From a bacterium (GTDB lineage Bacteria; Patescibacteriota; Minisyncoccia; Moranbacterales; GWC2-37-73), in NCBI GenBank assembly GCA_037140955.1, contig JBAXDL010000002.1, positions 28,176 to 92,175 of the forward strand: 64,000 nt of DNA, written 5' to 3'. Every line of letters begins with the position of its first letter. The stretch's first letter is position 1. The translations under genes and the position numbers were made by a program. Below are positions 18,635 to 28,065 of the stretch, in pieces. Under the pieces are notes generated by a model that made no database searches, had not been told where the DNA came from, and was given only the letters and a program-made list of their open reading frames with translations.

Positions 18635-19399
18635 TTAGCTATTTATTATTTCTAAAATCTTCACCAATTCGCTAGGAATCAAACTTTCCCTCCCAACAAG
18701 AACACCATCCATGCCAGGATCAATGCAAACCTGTTTTACGGTGATTGCTTTGACACTTCCACCATACAGCACCTTTATTTTTTCAGCTACAGCAATTCCA
18801 TAGGCTTTTTCAAATATCTTTTTTAGCAAAATTTTAATTTGCAAAATTTCATCACTTTTGGGAATAGCATCACTGCCAACAGCCCAAATTGGTTCATAGG
18901 CAATAACAACAGATGATGCCTTCATTGATGAAACATCAACAAATGCTTCCATGATTTGCTCAGCAATAACCTGCGCTTCATTTCCAGCCTCTCTTTCTTC
19001 CTTTGTTTCGCCAACACAATAAATTGGAGTAATATTATTTTTTAGTGCTGCCTTGATTTTCAAATTTGCATCGGCATTTGTTTCTCCAAAAAATTTTCGG
19101 CGCTCACTGTGACCAATAATCACAAATTCTGACCCAAGATCCTTCAGCATTGGAGCAGAAATCTCACCAGTATATGATCCCCTGTCTTCCCAGAACAAAT
19201 TTTGAGCCCCAATAGCAACGTCCTGTGTTTTCAGATTGTTGATAAAATTTTCGACATGCAAAGATGGCACACAAAGAACCAATTTTGAGTTTACAATTCT
19301 TTTTTCGTATAATTCTTTTTTCAGAGACTCAATATATCGCTCACGTTCAACCGTGGTGAGAAGATTCATTTTCAGGTTGCCAATTATTAATTTCTGCAT
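18635..19399 (-). CDS. tpiA: Triosephosphate isomerase
   Basis: LIIGNLKMN...VIIGHSERR...YCVGE are TIM motifs. Confidence 0.9.
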   Translation of the reverse strand: MQKLIIGNLKMNLLTTVERERYIESLKKELYEKRIVNSKLVLCVPSLHVENFINNLKTQDVAIGAQNLFWEDRGSYTGEISAPMLKDLGSEFVIIGHSERRKFFGETNADANLKIKAALKNNITPIYCVGETKEEREAGNEAQVIAEQIMEAFVDVSSMKASSVVIAYEPIWAVGSDAIPKSDEILQIKILLKKIFEKAYGIAVAEKIKVLYGGSVKAITVKQVCIDPGMDGVLVGRESLIPSELVKILEIINS

Positions 19400-19555
19400 A
19401 TTTTTTATTCTATGATATTACCTCGCGGAGAAGTTTCAGCCAAAGGCTGATCAGCCCATGGCTGACATTTTAAGATTTCCAACAATTACTTTTTCCATAA
19501 ATTTACCATATCAACTTACCCTCCTATACGAAACTCAGTCGATTCAAATATTAAG

Positions 19556-20167
19556 TTATCTCTTGATTAATTTAAAAATAGCAGGCAAAACGGAAATTCC
19601 AATAATGCCCAAAATCACAACTGAGAAATTGTCTCTTATTACTGGAATGTTGCCGAAAAAATATCCAGCAAAAATAAACAATCCAACCCAGCAAAGACCA
19701 CCAAGGAAGCTAAAAAAGGCAAAGTCGCGATATTTCATTTTCCCAATACCAGCAACAAATGGAGCAAAGGTCCTAACAATAGGCATAAACCTAGCCAAGA
19801 TTATAGTTTTTTTGCCATACTTTTCAAAAAAATGCTGTGTCTTGTCGATATGATTCTGATTGATTGGTATTTTTTTATTATTAACCATCTTTTGACCAAG
19901 GTAATATCCAATCCAATAATTTGTGTTGTCACCCAAAAATGATGCTGCCCACAAAGAAAAAAACAAAATTCCCACATTTAAGGAGCCGGTGGCAGAAAAC
20001 ATGCCAGAGGCAAAAAGCAATGAATCACCAGGCAAAAAGGGAGTAAAAACCAACCCTGTTTCAGCAAAAACAATAGTAATCAAGAAGGCGTAGGTTAATT
20101 TTCCGTAGTTCAAAATAATCTCACCCAAATGAACATCGAAATGCAAAACAAAATCAATTATATTCAT
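19556..20167 (-). CDS. DedA/SNARE-associated family membrane protein
   Basis: FLPGDSLLFASGMF is the DedA motif. Five or six TM helices. Confidence 0.75.
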   Translation of the reverse strand: MNIIDFVLHFDVHLGEIILNYGKLTYAFLITIVFAETGLVFTPFLPGDSLLFASGMFSATGSLNVGILFFSLWAASFLGDNTNYWIGYYLGQKMVNNKKIPINQNHIDKTQHFFEKYGKKTIILARFMPIVRTFAPFVAGIGKMKYRDFAFFSFLGGLCWVGLFIFAGYFFGNIPVIRDNFSVVILGIIGISVLPAIFKLIKR

Positions 20168-20205
20168 AAATTTAATTTATCTCTTAAAAATATTTCTTAC
20201 CAGCG

Positions 20206-21291
20206 TTATTGCAGCTTGTTTCTTAAAAATTGCGCAGCCACTTCCGGAGCAAGAGTTGAAATCTCAATCCCTGTGTCCAACTCGAATCCAGCCCAACTTG
20301 CAGTGTGCGGCAAAATTTCAATGTGCCAATGAAAATGAGGATAATCCTTGCCATCACATGGCGCGCTATGGATGTAAAAATTATAAGGAGGATCGCCAAG
20401 TGCATTATAGATAGCATTTAAAGCTTTTCCGAAAACTTCAGCCAATTCAACTTTCTGCTTATTGGTAATGCGTTCAAAATATGGAGAATGCTTCTTTGGC
20501 ATCACATGAACTTCAAAGGCAACACGTGAAGCAAAGGGACAAAAGGCAATAAAATTTTTGTTCTCAAAAACAACACGTTTTTTTTCTTCACTTTCATATT
20601 CCATGATATTACAAAAAACACATTTCCTGTTGCTTTTGTGATATTTTGCAGCGCCATCAAGTTCCAATTTTACATAAGGAGCAACAACAGGAATTGCCAT
20701 CAATTGAGAATGTGGATGAGGGATCGATGCACCAGCTTCTTTGCCATGATTGTGAAAAATTGCGACATAATTGATTCCCTTGTTGTTCATCAAATCCAAA
20801 TATCTGTCTTGATAGGCATCAAAAACTTCTGCAATTTCCATAGTATCCATCAATGCAAGTTGCCTATGATGATCACGAGTCACAATAACTTCATGATATC
20901 CAACTCCAGGCATTGCGAAATATGGACCTTCGGCAATTGGCTTCGAAGTTGTTCCTTGTGAAAAAGCCGGGTATTTGTTTGGAAAAACGCGCAGAGTCCA
21001 ATCCCCATCAGCCTTGTGATACAGTAAAACATCTTTTTCTTGACCAGAAGCAACTGGGTCTTCAAAGACACATCCACCAACACCTTTGTCGTCAGCAATT
21101 CTTTGAAAATTTGCAAAATCATCTGGACGCTTTGACCTGGCCGTTGCAATCACAACCCAATCAGTAGAAATAATGTCCTGTCGCAATTCAGAAACAGGCA
21201 GTGAATTCTCAGGTTCTTGTGGTTGCCGCTCTCCGTTATTTTCAATTGAAATATTCACAATGTCTTGCCCCGTCAAATTCGCCATGGGCAA
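20206..21291 (-). CDS. Galactose-1-phosphate uridylyltransferase family (HIT superfamily) nucleotidyltransferase
   Basis: HPHSQLMAIPVV is the HxHxQ active site. A CxxC...H Zn-like site, VFCNI...H. Two HIT-like halves. Confidence 0.7.
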   Translation of the reverse strand: MPMANLTGQDIVNISIENNGERQPQEPENSLPVSELRQDIISTDWVVIATARSKRPDDFANFQRIADDKGVGGCVFEDPVASGQEKDVLLYHKADGDWTLRVFPNKYPAFSQGTTSKPIAEGPYFAMPGVGYHEVIVTRDHHRQLALMDTMEIAEVFDAYQDRYLDLMNNKGINYVAIFHNHGKEAGASIPHPHSQLMAIPVVAPYVKLELDGAAKYHKSNRKCVFCNIMEYESEEKKRVVFENKNFIAFCPFASRVAFEVHVMPKKHSPYFERITNKQKVELAEVFGKALNAIYNALGDPPYNFYIHSAPCDGKDYPHFHWHIEILPHTASWAGFELDTGIEISTLAPEVAAQFLRNKLQ

Positions 21292-21342
21292 AAATTCAAC
21301 TAGGGTAATTTTAATTTTTTGTTTTTGCTTTTATATCAACAA

Positions 21343-22095
21343 CTATTGCTTCTTTATATTATATTTTCCAAATATTAAACGTAATTTTGTTTTAAACAAG
21401 TCGATTAAAACTTGAATGAAACCATTTGGGCCAGTAAGACTAACGGTAGAACCATCTTCATTCAACCATCTCACCGGCATTTGCTTGATTTTAAAACCAA
21501 GGACTTTTGCCAAAATGATAAGCTCAAAATCAAAACCAAAACGATCCACAACCATTCTCTTGGCAATTTCATGTGCAGCCTTTCCTGTTAGCATTTTGAA
21601 TCCACACTGCGTGTCTGGAAAACTCCAAAGACCAAGCACAATTCTGATGAGCCAATTTCCACCCTCCCCCATGAATTCTCGATATCTTGGTTGATGAACT
21701 TGCACAAATGCTCCCTTTATCTTTCGTGAACCAACAATCAAATCATTACCAGCAATAAGTTCTGGCAAAAATTTCTCCACATGAGAAATAGATGTTGAGC
21801 CATCGGCATCCAGAAAGACAACATACTCACCTTTTGATTCAAGCAATCCTTGCCTAACAACATAGCCCTTTCCGTGATTTTCTTTATTATCAATAACACG
21901 AAGATTTTTGACTTGTTTGGAATAATTGCGAGCAACTTCAGCTGTATTGTCAGGTGAACCATCAACCACAATAATAATTTCGTATTCGAAATCCTTGGCC
22001 GACAAAAAACTTTCAATTTCTAAAAGATTACTTCCGATGCGCTCCTTTTCTTTGTAAGCCGGAATTACAACCGACAAATATGGTTTTTGCTCCAT
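21343..22095 (-). CDS. Family-2 glycosyltransferase (polyprenol-phosphate sugar transferase / Dpm1-like)
   Basis: LSVVIPAYKEKERIG...IIVVDGSPDNT...VVFLDADGS are GT2 motifs. Confidence 0.75.
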   Translation of the reverse strand: MEQKPYLSVVIPAYKEKERIGSNLLEIESFLSAKDFEYEIIIVVDGSPDNTAEVARNYSKQVKNLRVIDNKENHGKGYVVRQGLLESKGEYVVFLDADGSTSISHVEKFLPELIAGNDLIVGSRKIKGAFVQVHQPRYREFMGEGGNWLIRIVLGLWSFPDTQCGFKMLTGKAAHEIAKRMVVDRFGFDFELIILAKVLGFKIKQMPVRWLNEDGSTVSLTGPNGFIQVLIDLFKTKLRLIFGKYNIKKQ

Positions 22096-22217
22096 GAGTT
22101 TTATGTCAAATTTATATTAAAATTTTTTATTAATCTAAAACATCAATATCTCAACATTTTTGAAATATCTTATAAATTCATTATACCACAACATTAATAT
22201 ACGTAAAATATCTATTT

Positions 22218-22643
22218 TTAAGATTCATGCGTAAGAGAACTTGCTTGCCTGTCCAGCCAACTTTGCAGAATGATTCTGGCAGCTTCTTTGTCATCACTCT
22301 CGGCGATATTTTTTCCGCCATGCATTTTGATGTTGTCCTGCGCCATTTTGGTGGTGAACATTTCATCTTGAAACATCACCGCAATGCCAAGCTCTTTTTC
22401 AAGCTTGTTGCCAAATTCAATCTTTTCATCCTCGCCAGCTTGATCATTTTGATGCCAAGTCACACCCAAAACTATCATCTTAACATCTTTTTCCTTGGCA
22501 ATTTGTTTCAATTTGCTAAAAAAATCACCATCGTTTTTGATTGTGTCATAGGCAAAAGCCATACGAGTTTCCTCGTCAGCAATAGCCAGTCCAATCTTTG
22601 ACTTGCCATAATCTACCCCCAAAAATGTGCTAACCTGAGCCAT
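22218..22643 (-). CDS. ruvX: Putative pre-16S rRNA nuclease / Holliday-junction-resolvase-like YqgF (RuvX)
   Basis: LGVDYGKSKIGLAIAD... RNase H-like fold motifs, 141 aa. Confidence 0.8.
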   Translation of the reverse strand: MAQVSTFLGVDYGKSKIGLAIADEETRMAFAYDTIKNDGDFFSKLKQIAKEKDVKMIVLGVTWHQNDQAGEDEKIEFGNKLEKELGIAVMFQDEMFTTKMAQDNIKMHGGKNIAESDDKEAARIILQSWLDRQASSLTHES

Positions 22644-22751
22644 ATATTGATATACTATTGACTTATTAGTGTTATTGTGCTATTATTATACATTGGTATA
22701 ATTTAATTGTACCATATATTCCAAAAAACAACCCAAAAAAGGAGAAAAGAA

Positions 22752-22988
22752 ATGGAAACAAAACAGGAAATAATCGGCGGAAGTTTGGAATTAGTTTGCC
22801 TGATGTCTGTATTATTCTTCGTAGTGTATTGGTTTTCATACACTCATCCAGACTTCAGCAACACAATCATTGGGCAAATTAGCCCTTGGGCTGCATGGGC
22901 AGTAATTGTTCTGGGATTCATCTCTGGATTGACTGGAGAGAGAATCCTAAAAAAGGAAAGTCGGCGCAACAGATTTATTGCGCGATAA
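22752..22988 (+). CDS. Small two-TM membrane protein (hypothetical)
   Basis: AAGGAG Shine-Dalgarno 8 nt before the ATG at 22752. Two hydrophobic helices. One of only two plus-strand genes in the central region. Confidence 0.35.
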   Translation: METKQEIIGGSLELVCLMSVLFFVVYWFSYTHPDFSNTIIGQISPWAAWAVIVLGFISGLTGERILKKESRRNRFIAR

Positions 22989-23055
22989 CATCCATCTGAT
23001 CCCCTTTTCCACATCGTGGAATTGGGGGTCTTTTTTATTTTAAAATTTACAAATA

Positions 23056-23083
23056 TGTCATTCCCGTGAAAACGGGAATCCAG
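23056..23083. repeat. 28-bp inverted-repeat arm (left), itself a hairpin
   Basis: tgtcattcccgtgaaaacgggaatccag. It is the exact reverse complement of 23420-23447. Confidence 0.85.
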
Positions 23084-23085
23084 CC

Positions 23086-23397
23086 CTAATTTATTTCACT
23101 TTTATAATATTCTTTAGCCAAATCTATCCAATCAGGATTTTCTTTTTCAATCAATACTGTCTTCCATTGCCTGTTCCATTTTTTTAATTGCTTTTCCCTT
23201 AGTAATGCAGAGGTTATATCATTTGTGGTTTCGTAATAAACCAATCTACCAACATTATATTTTTCAGTAAAGCCTTTTACTGTTTTATTTTTGTGTTCCC
23301 AAATTCTTTTTATTAAATTACTAGTCATTCCAATATAAAGAGTTCCATTTCTACTACTTGCTAAGATATATACAAAGTAAGTTTTTTGTTGATACAT
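23086..23397 (-). CDS. GIY-YIG nuclease family protein (YhbQ / UPF0213-like, about 100 aa)
   Basis: YFVYILASSRNGTLYIGMTSNLIKRIWEHK has the GIY...YIG motifs plus the conserved R/E. Confidence 0.8.
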   Translation of the reverse strand: MYQQKTYFVYILASSRNGTLYIGMTSNLIKRIWEHKNKTVKGFTEKYNVGRLVYYETTNDITSALLREKQLKKWNRQWKTVLIEKENPDWIDLAKEYYKSEIN

Positions 23398-23419
23398 ATT
23401 AGATTAATTTGTGTCAAAC

Positions 23420-23447
23420 CTGGATTCCCGTTTTCACGGGAATGACA
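23420..23447. repeat. 28-bp inverted-repeat arm (right)
   Basis: ctggattcccgttttcacgggaatgaca. Confidence 0.85.
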
Positions 23448-23571
23448 CATTTTTTAATCACTGAAGCATTGAAAATTGATTGGAAATCGAGATTTGAGAT
23501 TTGAAAATTTAAGCAATATTAAAGCAATAAGCGTAGTAAAAAAAAGACATTGCAATTATTAATTCAGAATA

Positions 23572-24336
23572 TTATGCGGTCAAAATTTCCACTCCTTTTT
23601 CTGTAATCAAAATTGTATTTTCATAGTGTGCAGAAAGTTTCCCATCGGCTGTCACAAAAACCCAACCATCAGAGCCAAGCTCGGTGTGATGAGTTCCGAT
23701 GTTGACCATTGGCTCAATGGCAAGTGTCATGCCAACTTGCAAGAGAAGGTCGCGAAAGCCTTTTTCAAAATAATTTGGAATCTGAGGATTTTCATGCAAG
23801 TTTTTTCCGATGCCATGCCCAACCAAATTTTTGACCACCGAAAATCCAGCATCCTCAACAATTTGCTGCGATGTCTTGGAATATTCACTCAAATTTGCTC
23901 CAGCTTTTAAACTTTTAATACCTTTCCAAAAAGATTTCTCAGTAACTTCGATCAATTTTTTTGCTTCAGCTGAAACTTCCCCCACAGCAAAAGTGCGGGC
24001 CATGTCAGCAAAAAAACCATCCATTTCAAGTCCAATATCAATCTTGAAAACATCCCCATCTCTCAAGAGTGTTTTTTCACTAGGAATTCCATGCACAACT
24101 TCATCATTAATCGAAGCGCAGATGGTTGCTGGAAAAAGATTTTTACCTTCGCCATACCCCTTGAATGCTGGCTTTGCGCCGGCTTGCAAAATCATTTTTT
24201 CAGCCAAAGCGTCAATTTCCATTGTGCTGACACCAACAGCAACTTTTTTTCCAAGTTCGCGCATAACCAAAGCCAAAGCCTTTCCAGCTTTGCGCATGAT
24301 CGCTATTTCATTTTCTGTTTTGATGTGAATACCCAT
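23572..24336 (-). CDS. map: Methionine aminopeptidase type I
   Basis: IKTENEIAIMRKAG... with metal-ligand motifs ...VVHGIP..., ...IDIG..., ...GHGIG... Start taken at the internal Met MGIHIKT. Confidence 0.85.
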   Translation of the reverse strand: MGIHIKTENEIAIMRKAGKALALVMRELGKKVAVGVSTMEIDALAEKMILQAGAKPAFKGYGEGKNLFPATICASINDEVVHGIPSEKTLLRDGDVFKIDIGLEMDGFFADMARTFAVGEVSAEAKKLIEVTEKSFWKGIKSLKAGANLSEYSKTSQQIVEDAGFSVVKNLVGHGIGKNLHENPQIPNYFEKGFRDLLLQVGMTLAIEPMVNIGTHHTELGSDGWVFVTADGKLSAHYENTILITEKGVEILTA

Positions 24337-24489
24337 AGCATACAAAAATCCAAAATCCAAATGTCAAATCTCAAATAAATGACTTAAGTTCAAATATTTA
24401 AAATCTAAAAAATTTTGATTTGGGATTTTATTTGAAATTTGAAATTTTGATTTTGAAATTATAACAAATAATCAAATCACAAATTTATA

Positions 24490-25134
24490 TTATTCCGCAA
24501 GTTTTTCAATTATATCACTAAACACTTTTTCTACTTTTTTGTTTCCATCAATTTCAATCAATAGTCCTTGATTGCGATAATGTTCAATAACAGGAATTGT
24601 TATTTTGTAAAAAGTATCAAGTCTTTTTGTTATTCCCTCTGGAGTGTCATCCCCTCTTTGCATGACAGGTCCTCCACAAGTTGGACAATGCTCATGAACA
24701 TCTTTGATTTGATTTCCAAGTACAAAGTGCCTATAGCAAACGGTGCAAGCATAGCGCTTCGAAATGCGCGCAATTGATTCAGCATAAGGGAGTTTGATAT
24801 AGATAGCTTTATCAATCGGAAATTTCATTTCATCAAGCATTTGCTCAACTCCTAATATCTGACCAAAAGTCCTGGGAGCAGAATCAATAATAACACCCAT
24901 GCCAGCTGGAACTTTTTCAAGACTATGCCTGAGAACATCAATAGTGATGTCATCAGGAATCATTTCTTTTTGCTCATTCAAGGCTTTAACTATTCTCCCC
25001 AACTCTGAATCATCTCTAGCAATTTCCCTGAAGATTAATCCAGTTTCAATGTGCGCTAAGTTGAATTTCTGAGCCAAGAGATCAGCTTGTGTTCCCTTTC
25101 CTGAACCCTGTGGACCAAAGATGATAATGTTCAT
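24490..25134 (-). CDS. adk: Adenylate kinase (with Zn-ribbon lid)
   Basis: MNIIIFGPQGSGKGTQ P-loop. Lid CTVC...CPTCG. Start taken at the internal Met. Confidence 0.9.
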   Translation of the reverse strand: MNIIIFGPQGSGKGTQADLLAQKFNLAHIETGLIFREIARDDSELGRIVKALNEQKEMIPDDITIDVLRHSLEKVPAGMGVIIDSAPRTFGQILGVEQMLDEMKFPIDKAIYIKLPYAESIARISKRYACTVCYRHFVLGNQIKDVHEHCPTCGGPVMQRGDDTPEGITKRLDTFYKITIPVIEHYRNQGLLIEIDGNKKVEKVFSDIIEKLAE

Positions 25135-25264
25135 TGTAAAATTTTGAATTTCGAATTTTGAATTTCGAATCAAGTTCGAATTTTTAATGATTAAAATATT
25201 TAAACATTAAAGGTTTATTCAAAATTAAAAATTTTAAATTAGAAATTCGAGCAAGGCGAGGCAT

Positions 25265-26536
25265 TTAGAATCCTTCATAGTCTCGCATAACAAGCTGTCC
25301 TTCGATTTGCTTGATTGTTTCAATCACAACTGAAACAACAATAAGAATGCTAGTTCCACCAATTTTCAATGATTGAATGTTTGTCATTCCTTGAATAATA
25401 AAAGGCAAAACTGCAATAATACCAAGAAAAACTGAGCCTGTAAGTGTGATTCTATTCATTATTCGATAAAGAAAATCAGCAGTAGTCTTTCCTGGTCTGA
25501 TTCCTGGGATATATCCACCTTGCTTTTGCAAATTCTCAGCAATCTTAACAGGATCAAAAACAACAGCAGTATAAAAATATGTAAACATCACAATCAGGAT
25601 GAAATACATGCTGCTATAAAAAACTTGATTTTGAAAAAGATTATTAACCGCAGTTGCAGCATGCGCTACAGCTGGGTTACTAGCCTTGCTCAAAAAAGTT
25701 GCAATCATGCCAGGAAAAAGCATGATAGACATGGCAAAAATAATGGGAATAACACCGGCCTGATTCACTCGAAGTGGCAAATGCGAAGTTGAGCCACCAA
25801 AAGTTTTGTCTCCCCTGATTCTTTTTGCATATGAAACCGGAATATTTCTTTGTCCCTCTGTCACCAAAACAACACCAGCAATGGTCACAACAGCAACCAC
25901 CAAAAGACCAAGATAGATAAAAATTTGAGCAGGATCAAATGTTAGCAATAATTTTGAAAGGCCAGAAGGAAGACCACTGACAATTCCAGCGAAAATAATC
26001 AAAGAAACACCATTTCCAATGCCTTTTTCTGTTATCAGTTCGCCAAGCCACATCAAGAAAATAGTTCCAGCTGTTGCAATCACTACAATAACAACAGTGT
26101 CATACATGGATGTAGCACTCAAAACTCCTTGCGAACGAAGCAATGTCACCATACTAAACGTTTGCAAAACTGCCAATGGAACAGTAAGCCATCGTGTCCA
26201 CATGTTGAACTTCTGACGTCCTGCCTCACCTTCTTCCTTGTAAAGCTGTTCAACGCGAGGAACAATCATAGTTAAAAGCTGCATGATGATAGATGCGGTA
26301 ATATATGGACCAACTCCCAACATCACAATTGAAATATTGGTCAAACCTCCACCAGAAAAAACATTCAACATTCCAAGCAATTGATTGCCTTCAAAAAGAC
26401 GTCTTAATTGTTCAATGTTAACACCTGGAAGAGGAATGTTGGCAGCAATACGAAAAACAATAAGAATCCCCAAAATAAAGAGGATCTTATTGCGAAGTTC
26501 AACAATTTTAAATATTTGTGTTATTTTTTCAAACAT
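25265..26536 (-). CDS. secY: Preprotein translocase subunit SecY
   Basis: Ten TM helices, ...GVNIEQLRRLFEG... typical SecY N-terminus. Position between rplO and adk. Confidence 0.9.
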   Translation of the reverse strand: MFEKITQIFKIVELRNKILFILGILIVFRIAANIPLPGVNIEQLRRLFEGNQLLGMLNVFSGGGLTNISIVMLGVGPYITASIIMQLLTMIVPRVEQLYKEEGEAGRQKFNMWTRWLTVPLAVLQTFSMVTLLRSQGVLSATSMYDTVVIVVIATAGTIFLMWLGELITEKGIGNGVSLIIFAGIVSGLPSGLSKLLLTFDPAQIFIYLGLLVVAVVTIAGVVLVTEGQRNIPVSYAKRIRGDKTFGGSTSHLPLRVNQAGVIPIIFAMSIMLFPGMIATFLSKASNPAVAHAATAVNNLFQNQVFYSSMYFILIVMFTYFYTAVVFDPVKIAENLQKQGGYIPGIRPGKTTADFLYRIMNRITLTGSVFLGIIAVLPFIIQGMTNIQSLKIGGTSILIVVSVVIETIKQIEGQLVMRDYEGF

Positions 26537-26618
26537 TATTTTAGCTTTTAGATTTTAGCTGCTAGTTTTTAGTCCAAAGTGGCATCCAACCTAGAAGCTA
26601 ATGCCTATTGGCCAAAAA

Positions 26619-27056
26619 CTATTCTAGAATTTTTCCACCTGCTTTTATTATAGCATCTTTAGAGGTTTGTGAAAGAAGCAACTCAGCTGAAATAGTAAGT
26701 TTTTTGCTAATTGTTCCAGTAGCCAAGATCTTGATACCATCTTTAGCATCAGCCTTGTCAACAATTTTAAGTGCAAGCAATGTTTCAACAGAAACAACAT
26801 CACCATCTTTGTAGAATTTTTCAAGTGCTTCAAGTTTTACAACTGATTTCTTGGCAGCAAGAGATTTGAATCCTCGCACTTTTTTCAAACGTTCAACAAG
26901 TGAAGATCGTCCACCTTCAAACAATGGATCAATAGATGCACCAGAGCGAGCTTTTTGACCCTTATTTCCTTTTCCAGAATAAGTTCCACGCTTTCCTCCG
27001 CGACCAACTGTTTTTTTGTCCTTGCGTTTTTTAACTGTAAGTTGATGAATTTGCAT
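26619..27056 (-). CDS. rplO: 50S ribosomal protein L15
   Basis: KKTVGRGGKRGTYSGKGNKGQKARSG. Confidence 0.9.
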   Translation of the reverse strand: MQIHQLTVKKRKDKKTVGRGGKRGTYSGKGNKGQKARSGASIDPLFEGGRSSLVERLKKVRGFKSLAAKKSVVKLEALEKFYKDGDVVSVETLLALKIVDKADAKDGIKILATGTISKKLTISAELLLSQTSKDAIIKAGGKILE

Positions 27057-27057
27057 A

Positions 27058-27588
27058 TTATTTTACCGCTTTAATTTCCTTAACTTCTTTAACCTCAGCT
27101 TCTTTGTTCATTTTAATGCGAGGAGCTTTCAATGCTTTTAGAGCCTCGATTGTTGCTCTTGCCACATTAAGCTTGTTTGCTGTACCAAGTGATTTTGAAA
27201 CAATATCACGAATACCAGCAAGGTCAACTACTGCGCGAACAGCACCACCAGCAATAACACCTCGTCCTTCTGAAGCTGGCTTAAGCAAAACTCTAGCGCT
27301 TCCAAGTTTCATTCTAATGTCATGAGGAATAGTATTATCAGAAAGATTTACTGTTATCATGCACTTCTTGGCATCATTGTATGCTTTACCGATAGCATCG
27401 GAAACATCAGATCCTTTAGAAACACCGACACCAACTCTTCCTTTGCGATCACCAATTACTAATGTTGCTCTGAAACGAAATCTTCGTCCACCTTTTACCA
27501 CACGAGTAACGCGAGCCAAATCCAAAAGTTTTTGTTCGAACTCTGGTTTTTCTCTGCGCACATTCTTTTTTCCTGATCTCTTATTCAT
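27058..27588 (-). CDS. rpsE: 30S ribosomal protein S5
   Basis: VTRVVKGGRRFRFRATLVIGDRKGRVGVGVSKG. It directly abuts rplO, so there is no L30 gene between them. Confidence 0.9.
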   Translation of the reverse strand: MNKRSGKKNVRREKPEFEQKLLDLARVTRVVKGGRRFRFRATLVIGDRKGRVGVGVSKGSDVSDAIGKAYNDAKKCMITVNLSDNTIPHDIRMKLGSARVLLKPASEGRGVIAGGAVRAVVDLAGIRDIVSKSLGTANKLNVARATIEALKALKAPRIKMNKEAEVKEVKEIKAVK

Positions 27589-27618
27589 AAGATAATATAG
27601 TATTTATAATTCAAAACA

Positions 27619-27978
27619 TTAAAATTGAAGCCCACCCTCTCGCGCTCCATCTGCAAGCGCTTTAACTTTTCCATGATATTGATACCCAGCTCTATCAAAA
27701 GTAATCGTTTCAATCTTAAGAGCTTTACATTTCTTAGCAACCAAGATTCCAACTTCTTTTGCTCCTTCAATTGTGTTGGCAGCATTTTTGATTTCTGAGA
27801 GTTTAGCACTTGCTAAAGTTTTTCCTACAGCATCATCAATAACTTGAGCATAAATACCTTTTAAGCTCTTAAACACAGCCAAACGTGGACGTGTTGCTGA
27901 TCCTGAAATCTTTGCACGAACTCTTCGTTTTCGTTGTAATCTACCACTGTTGCTACTTATTTTATTCATACTTATCAT
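27619..27978 (-). CDS. rplR: 50S ribosomal protein L18
   Basis: RKRRVRAKISGSATRPRLAVFKSLKGIYAQVIDD. Confidence 0.88.
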   Translation of the reverse strand: MISMNKISSNSGRLQRKRRVRAKISGSATRPRLAVFKSLKGIYAQVIDDAVGKTLASAKLSEIKNAANTIEGAKEVGILVAKKCKALKIETITFDRAGYQYHGKVKALADGAREGGLQF

Positions 27979-28065
27979 GAATCATGGAGCATGGAGTCTT
28001 TAGCATTTCAATGCTGCAACACTCTACGCTTTATGTTCTATGTTTTATGCGCTATGTTATATTGT

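Larger units (their letters stand above)
23056..23447 (-). mobile_element. Candidate compact mobile cassette: a GIY-YIG gene exactly bracketed by perfect 28-bp (about 34 bp with one mismatch) terminal inverted repeats
   Basis: The IR arms start 3 bp beyond the stop codon and 23 bp beyond the start. A third related copy of the repeat is at 38770-38797. Confidence 0.4.
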
